Shown one piece after another: positions 59,175 through 64,000 of a stretch of 64,000 bases of DNA. The notes under the pieces were generated by a model that was not told the origin of the DNA, did no database searches, and was given only the letters and a program-made list of their open reading frames with translations. The first letter of the stretch is position 1; each line of letters starts with the position of its first letter. The stretch comes from Halobacteriovoraceae bacterium (GTDB taxonomy: Bacteria > Bdellovibrionota > Bacteriovoracia > Bacteriovoracales > Bacteriovoracaceae). Both the position numbers and the translations under genes were made by a program. Where the stretch lies: contig CAVRCF010000001.1 in assembly GCA_963719505.1 (NCBI GenBank), forward strand, positions 32,001 through 96,000. Direction: 5' to 3'.

Positions 59175-59567
59175 TCACTCTACCAGGTGTTCAGTTAGTT
59201 TATTTTTCAATTCTTCTGTCAGAGGTGTTGCCTTATTTTTTTCATAGTCAAAATAAACCATCACCGTTTTTGCTTGAGCAATTTTTTTAGAACTTTGAAA
59301 AGCCGTTTGAATTAAAACGACAGAAGAGTTACCAATTTTTTCAACCTGCGTCTCTAAGATAACATTTTCGCAGTAGTCACCTTGCCCCAAATAATCGATT
59401 TCGATTCTTGCAATAATGAGGTTCCACTTTTTGAGGTCAAGCTTTGGATTGAAAATTTTAAAAAGAGGCTTTCGAGCTTGTTCGAACCAAGAAAGATAGG
59501 TCGCATTATTAATATGTCCAAGTGCATCTGTATCATTAAATCGAGGCTCTAGTTCAAGTTTAAACAT
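59175..59567 (-). CDS. Acyl-CoA thioesterase (4HBT/YbgC family)
   Basis: RFNDTDALGHINNATY..WFE.AR. Confidence 0.92.
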   Translation of the reverse strand: MFKLELEPRFNDTDALGHINNATYLSWFEQARKPLFKIFNPKLDLKKWNLIIARIEIDYLGQGDYCENVILETQVEKIGNSSVVLIQTAFQSSKKIAQAKTVMVYFDYEKNKATPLTEELKNKLTEHLVE

Positions 59568-59602
59568 TCCATCTCCCTGACAAAATATGCTATCATGCTT
59601 TC

Positions 59603-59824
59603 ATGACACCTACTAAGATTATACCTCTTCCCAAAGAGAAATTTAAAGAATTTAATATTCCCCAAGGTGCCAAGGCAGCAACTTACTACCTCGACAAAGC
59701 CATTGAGGAGCGCTGTGATGAACTTGACTATATGCTCGAAGATATGGGTTATGAAATCGCACACAGAGAAATGATACGAGTGGCCACGAGTATCTATAAT
59801 TATGAGGTTATTGTCTTTAAATGA
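59603..59824 (+). CDS. Hypothetical protein
   Basis: Short ORF upstream of metG. Confidence 0.5.
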   Translation: MTPTKIIPLPKEKFKEFNIPQGAKAATYYLDKAIEERCDELDYMLEDMGYEIAHREMIRVATSIYNYEVIVFK

Positions 59825-59875
59825 CGCTTGTGATAATTTTTTTTCGATCAATTCATTAATTTTAAAGAGAGCTAA

Positions 59876-61369
59876 ATGATGACTAAAACCTACTATATAA
59901 CAACAGCTATTGATTATCCAAACGGTGCCCCTCACTTGGGACATGCCTATGAAAAAGTTGCAGCTGATTTTTATGCTCGCTACCATAAAATTTTCTCTGG
60001 AAGCTCTTACTTTCTTACTGGAACAGATGAGAATGGACAAAAGCTTATCAAGTCTGCTGCCGCGAGCGGTAAAGAGACTCAAAGTTTTGTGGACGAAAAT
60101 GTCGTTGTGTTTAAAGAACTCTGTGCCTCATTAAATATCTCAAATGACGATTTTATTAGAACAACTGAAAAGAGACATTTTGATTTTGTTCAAGACTCTT
60201 GGAAGACCCTTTTAGCAAAAGAGTTGATCTACAAAGGATCTTATAGTGGACACTACTGCTATGACTGTGAAAACTTTTACACGGAATCACAAGCCAAGGA
60301 TCTTATTTGCCCTGAACACGGCAAGAAACTAGAACTTGTTGAGGAAGAAGGTTACTTCTTTAAGTTGTCACAATACCAAACGAAGCTGATTGATCTGATT
60401 GAAGGACAAGAAAATTTCATTAGTCCTAAAGGGTCAAGAAAAGAGATTTTATCCAGGCTCAAGTCAGATGATCTTCGCGATATCGCTGTCTCTCGCCCCA
60501 ATGAAGGCTGGGGAGTACCGGTTCCTGGTGATGATAAGTTTGTTATTTACACATGGTTTGATGCACTTATGAACTATACATCTGCTCTTGATGAGAAACA
60601 AATGAAAGAGCTATGGCCTGCAAACACTCATGTTATTGGGAAAGATATTGCATGGTTTCATACCGTTATTTGGCCATCGATTTTAATGGGACTTGAACTC
60701 CCTATTCCCTCACAGATCTATGTGCACGGAATGGTTCTTGATGCCAACGGAAGAAAGATGTCTAAAAGTTTAAATAACGGTGTTGATCCGATGGAGATGA
60801 TGAAAAAGTATCCACTGGATTCTTTTAGATTTTATCTTCTCTATGGAATACCAGCCCTTGCCGATGGATCTTTTTCAGAAGAAGAGCTCATCAATACCCA
60901 TAATACAGCCCTCGCAAATGATCTTGGAAATCTTATTATGAGAATTGTAAAGATGGCTTTGAAGAAATTGGATTCAGAGACATTAAGTTTTGACCATTTT
61001 ACTAATGATAGAAATTTTGAAGACTTCTCAACTCGCTTTCACTCTCATACCAAAAACTTTGACCACAACAAGGCCATTGACTCTGTCAGAGAATATGTTC
61101 AAGCTTGTAACCAGTATGTAAACGATACGGCTCCTTGGCAGTTTAAGGAAGATAGTGATCTCCCTAAGTTTAAAAATATCGTCTTCAATTGCCTTTATGC
61201 TATTCACTGTGCTGCTTTTCACTACGCACCAGTGATGCCGGAAATTTTCGAGACGATCATGGGAACGATTAACCCATCAATTAAAACCGACCCAACAAAA
61301 GAGTTTGAGAATTTATCTTATACGATGAAAACACCTGAAATTTTATTTGAGAAAATTTTAAGCAAATAG
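59876..61369 (+). CDS. metG: Methionyl-tRNA ligase
   Basis: YPNGAPHLGH, GTDE.G.K, WFDAL.NY, GKDI..FH, KMSKS. Confidence 0.96.
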   Translation: MMTKTYYITTAIDYPNGAPHLGHAYEKVAADFYARYHKIFSGSSYFLTGTDENGQKLIKSAAASGKETQSFVDENVVVFKELCASLNISNDDFIRTTEKRHFDFVQDSWKTLLAKELIYKGSYSGHYCYDCENFYTESQAKDLICPEHGKKLELVEEEGYFFKLSQYQTKLIDLIEGQENFISPKGSRKEILSRLKSDDLRDIAVSRPNEGWGVPVPGDDKFVIYTWFDALMNYTSALDEKQMKELWPANTHVIGKDIAWFHTVIWPSILMGLELPIPSQIYVHGMVLDANGRKMSKSLNNGVDPMEMMKKYPLDSFRFYLLYGIPALADGSFSEEELINTHNTALANDLGNLIMRIVKMALKKLDSETLSFDHFTNDRNFEDFSTRFHSHTKNFDHNKAIDSVREYVQACNQYVNDTAPWQFKEDSDLPKFKNIVFNCLYAIHCAAFHYAPVMPEIFETIMGTINPSIKTDPTKEFENLSYTMKTPEILFEKILSK

Positions 61370-61741
61370 CTCTTTAATTTTTTGAACAAGTTTTTCGATA
61401 TCAATTGGTTTGGTAAAATAATCAAGTGCACCTGATTCGTAAGCTTCTCTTAGGATCAAAGGATCATGGTCAGCGCTTGCGATAATGACTGGAGTCAGCG
61501 CACTTATCGGATCTCCTTTAATTTGTTTTAAAAAATCCATTCCATCGAGTTCTGGCATATTGAGATCAGTAATGACTAAGTCAAAGGCTTCATCACCCAG
61601 AAGTCCCTGTGCATATTCATTCCACGCCTCAGCACTATCGTTAAATTCATAGACGTTAGTGAACCCGGCTTCTTTTAAGCCTTGAGTAATAAAAAAACTG
61701 GCAAGAGGAACATCATCTACAACCATTATTTTTTTATTCAC
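61358..61741 (-). CDS. CheY-like response regulator
   Basis: VVDD, ITDLNMPELDG, SA, KP; likely GTG 61741. Confidence 0.9.
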   Translation of the reverse strand: MNKKIMVVDDVPLASFFITQGLKEAGFTNVYEFNDSAEAWNEYAQGLLGDEAFDLVITDLNMPELDGMDFLKQIKGDPISALTPVIIASADHDPLILREAYESGALDYFTKPIDIEKLVQKIKELFA

Positions 61742-62021
61742 TGAAAATGTCCTTTTGGAGATTTTGCATCGCTTTGATTCTATCATCCAGTAAGAGCTTT
61801 AAAGTATCTTTAAGATACCTTTCCACGTCTTCATCAGTGCTGCCTGTGTTAGAGACAATAAGGTCGTAAAGCTTTCTGGTCTCTTCGGAAACACTCAACG
61901 TTATTTTATGCTCACTGAAGTGATCATCTAGTAAATCCCTCACCAATCCCGACAAGTTTAATCCTGAGTCGGAAACAGTTTGGTATTGGTCTTCTTTAAG
62001 CATTAGGCTAACTCTTTTCAT
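61734..62021 (-). CDS. Small putative ribbon-helix-helix-like protein
   Basis: KRVSLML...NLSGLVRDLL. Confidence 0.55.
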   Translation of the reverse strand: MKRVSLMLKEDQYQTVSDSGLNLSGLVRDLLDDHFSEHKITLSVSEETRKLYDLIVSNTGSTDEDVERYLKDTLKLLLDDRIKAMQNLQKDIFSE

Positions 62022-62157
62022 CCCATTTCTTTACCATATAAGTAGTTAATAAAACAAGTATCTTATGTATTTTTCATAAAAACCCACATTTTTATGTTTA
62101 CTAGCATATCGAGACATACTATAACATAATAACACATACGAAACAATAGGAGGATGT

Positions 62158-62529
62158 ATGGGTATAAAATGGAAAAGATCTACCGATGGCTGGATTCTTG
62201 GGGTTTGTGAAGGTTTAGGTCAATCCTTTGGAATTAATCCCAATATTCTAAGGGCCCTTCTTCTTGTGAGTATGTTCGCATTTGGAACCGGCTTTCTTGT
62301 CTATATGATTCTAGGTTTAACCCTTCCCAAAGAAGATGACATTTTTGACTACAGCGAAAGTAAGTTCTTAGGAGTTTGCCAAAGAATAGCGAGAAGTTCT
62401 GAGATTGAATTAGGTCTAGTAAGGGTCTTTACTGTCGTCTCTTTTTTAGCTTCAGCAGGTATGACGTTTATTCTGTATATCGTGTTGAATTTTGTTCTCC
62501 CTAAAACATCTAAGCAAATTGACCTATAG
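62158..62529 (+). CDS. pspC: Tandem PspC-domain membrane protein
   Basis: Two GVC..L/I...R...Y..L...LP repeats. Confidence 0.85.
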   Translation: MGIKWKRSTDGWILGVCEGLGQSFGINPNILRALLLVSMFAFGTGFLVYMILGLTLPKEDDIFDYSESKFLGVCQRIARSSEIELGLVRVFTVVSFLASAGMTFILYIVLNFVLPKTSKQIDL

Positions 62530-62539
62530 GAGATTTAAA

Positions 62540-63184
62540 ATGAAAATTTTTAATTTTATCACACAGCTTTTTAGTTCTGGAAAAATTGACATCAACAAGG
62601 CCATGAACGAAATTGATAATCAAGAATCAACTCTCAAGGAGACTCTTGCGAATCTTCTTTTTCAACAAGCAAAGCTTAAGCAAAAAAGAAGTGACGAACT
62701 TATGAAGCTTGAAGATATTGCCATTGATCTTGATCAGGCCATTTATGAAAACGATGAGCAGTTGAGCCTCTACCTTCTGGAGCAAACAGATGTTTTAAAA
62801 GCTGACGTTGCTTTTATTGATGAGGAGCTTCACAGTCTAGCCGATAGTATCTGCGGACTCACGGAATCTCGCTCGAAGCTTGCACTCAATAAAAACAGAT
62901 ATAAAAATCAACTCATTTCGCAAACTCATAAACTAGAGTCTCTAAAGTCGAAAAAGAAAATAAACGAACAAATTCAAAGTGTCTCTAACTTTCAGATGGA
63001 CGCACACACTCCTCTTGATGAGTTAAAGTTGCAGGTCTTAAAAGCACAAGCTCAGCTCGATGCACAAGGAGAAAAATCAAATCCTTTTGAGGAAAAAAGA
63101 GAAGAAAATAAGAAGTTTAGACAGACTCAGAAGTACAAAGCTCAGTTTGAGAAGTTAAAGGCATCTCGAGGAGCACTTGTATGA
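62540..63184 (+). CDS. pspA: PspA/IM30-like coiled-coil protein
   Basis: Coiled coil following pspC; AGGAG RBS. Confidence 0.6.
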   Translation: MKIFNFITQLFSSGKIDINKAMNEIDNQESTLKETLANLLFQQAKLKQKRSDELMKLEDIAIDLDQAIYENDEQLSLYLLEQTDVLKADVAFIDEELHSLADSICGLTESRSKLALNKNRYKNQLISQTHKLESLKSKKKINEQIQSVSNFQMDAHTPLDELKLQVLKAQAQLDAQGEKSNPFEEKREENKKFRQTQKYKAQFEKLKASRGALV

Positions 63185-63654
63185 GAACCAGAAAGCACGC
63201 TGTTGTCCTCTACATTTTCTCTCTTCTCTCTTTGGTGGATGGAGAGCAGGGCCTCTCTTTATTTTTCGCGGCCATCGCATCTTACCTTCTCTATAAATGG
63301 TGGAAACATCCTAAACGCCAACTTTTAGTCGAGCTCAAAAAGGATAGCCGCCGTTTTCATGTGGAGATTCCGACATCATATCCCCTGCAGCTTGCATTTT
63401 TCAAAATCTACTCAAAATTTCTTAGGCTTAGCACCCAGTATCCAGCCCTGCAGGCGACCTATCGTGAGTTAATCGACTCAATGTGGGCAAAGCTCTCTCA
63501 AAAGAGTACTCCTAAAGAGTGGGCAGATGTTATTAATGCTGTTGATCGTTCCTGGCCTACACCGGTCGATCTGAAGGATATGCTTAAGACAAGTTTAGAC
63601 AAAGTCTCATCAGAGACAAGTCTTTGGAATGAGGCCATGGCAAAAAGTAGGTAG
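63181..63654 (+). CDS. Hypothetical membrane protein in psp operon
   Basis: 2 N-terminal TM; ATGA overlap with upstream gene. Confidence 0.65.
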   Translation: MRTRKHAVVLYIFSLLSLVDGEQGLSLFFAAIASYLLYKWWKHPKRQLLVELKKDSRRFHVEIPTSYPLQLAFFKIYSKFLRLSTQYPALQATYRELIDSMWAKLSQKSTPKEWADVINAVDRSWPTPVDLKDMLKTSLDKVSSETSLWNEAMAKSR

Positions 63655-63672
63655 ATAAGTTATACTTCTTTC

Positions 63673-64000
63673 ATGACTGAAGAAGAAAAACCAAAGCCCA
63701 TAAATGTTGACGAGATCGATCTTGATCTCATGAAAAAACACACCACTGACGTCCCAGGTCTCATTGAATATGCCCACTCAGTCGGTGGATTTTCAATTGT
63801 TCCCACCAAGCAAGGTGCCATCAAAGGGCGTGCTTTAAAAGTCATGGAACAACAGACAAATATGCAAATGGATCAAATCTTTAAGCAGATGAAGCTTTTA
63901 GCGGAACAAGCTAAAAAGATTAAAGATCGTGCTGATGTTTCGGTCGAGATTTACGATGCGACCTTGGGTTTTGAACCACTAGTTGGCAATACCTATTTTC
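63673..64000 (+). CDS. DUF2452-like protein (partial, runs off window end)
   Basis: PGLIEYAHSVGG...QM.LL..QA..I..R..VS..IY.A...FEP.VG..Y. Confidence 0.7.
   Translation, partial: MTEEEKPKPINVDEIDLDLMKKHTTDVPGLIEYAHSVGGFSIVPTKQGAIKGRALKVMEQQTNMQMDQIFKQMKLLAEQAKKIKDRADVSVEIYDATLGFEPLVGNTYF

Noticed and set aside
63660-63845. 61-aa minus-strand ORF
   Set aside because: Shadow of the plus-strand DUF2452-like gene starting at 63673

Overview
AT-rich bacterial chromosome segment whose gene content (short ~274-aa flagellin, heme-motif porin, many secreted hypotheticals, PrkA, DUF2452) suggests a Bdellovibrionota/Bacteriovoracaceae-like predator (inference). Core genes (parA, nadA, cysteine desulfurase, prkA, pseudouridine synthase; later yajQ, cvrA, recQ, msrA, flagellin, corA, metG, pspC/pspA) flank an accessory region. 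tRNA-His (10498-10574) is an integration hotspot carrying a tandem train of at least four units separated by copies of the tRNA 3' end (CACCCCA). Unit 1 is a ~10-kb Rep-Xis-tyrosine integrase element hit by an IS1380 and an IS3/IS2-type IS. Unit 2 is 3.5 kb and carries an XRE-metallopeptidase/PIN pair plus a catalytic-domain-less recombinase ORF. Units 3 and 4 are ~0.5-0.6-kb single-gene mini-units ending in a shared palindromic site. Further on, a YHS / diheme cytochrome c / YceI / heme-motif porin / iodotyrosine deiodinase-like operon shares an ATAG-N7-CTAT box with a convergent LysR. An IS1202-like element with a long target duplication lies at 57.4-58.7 kb. All calls come from reading motifs by eye; no database searches were run.
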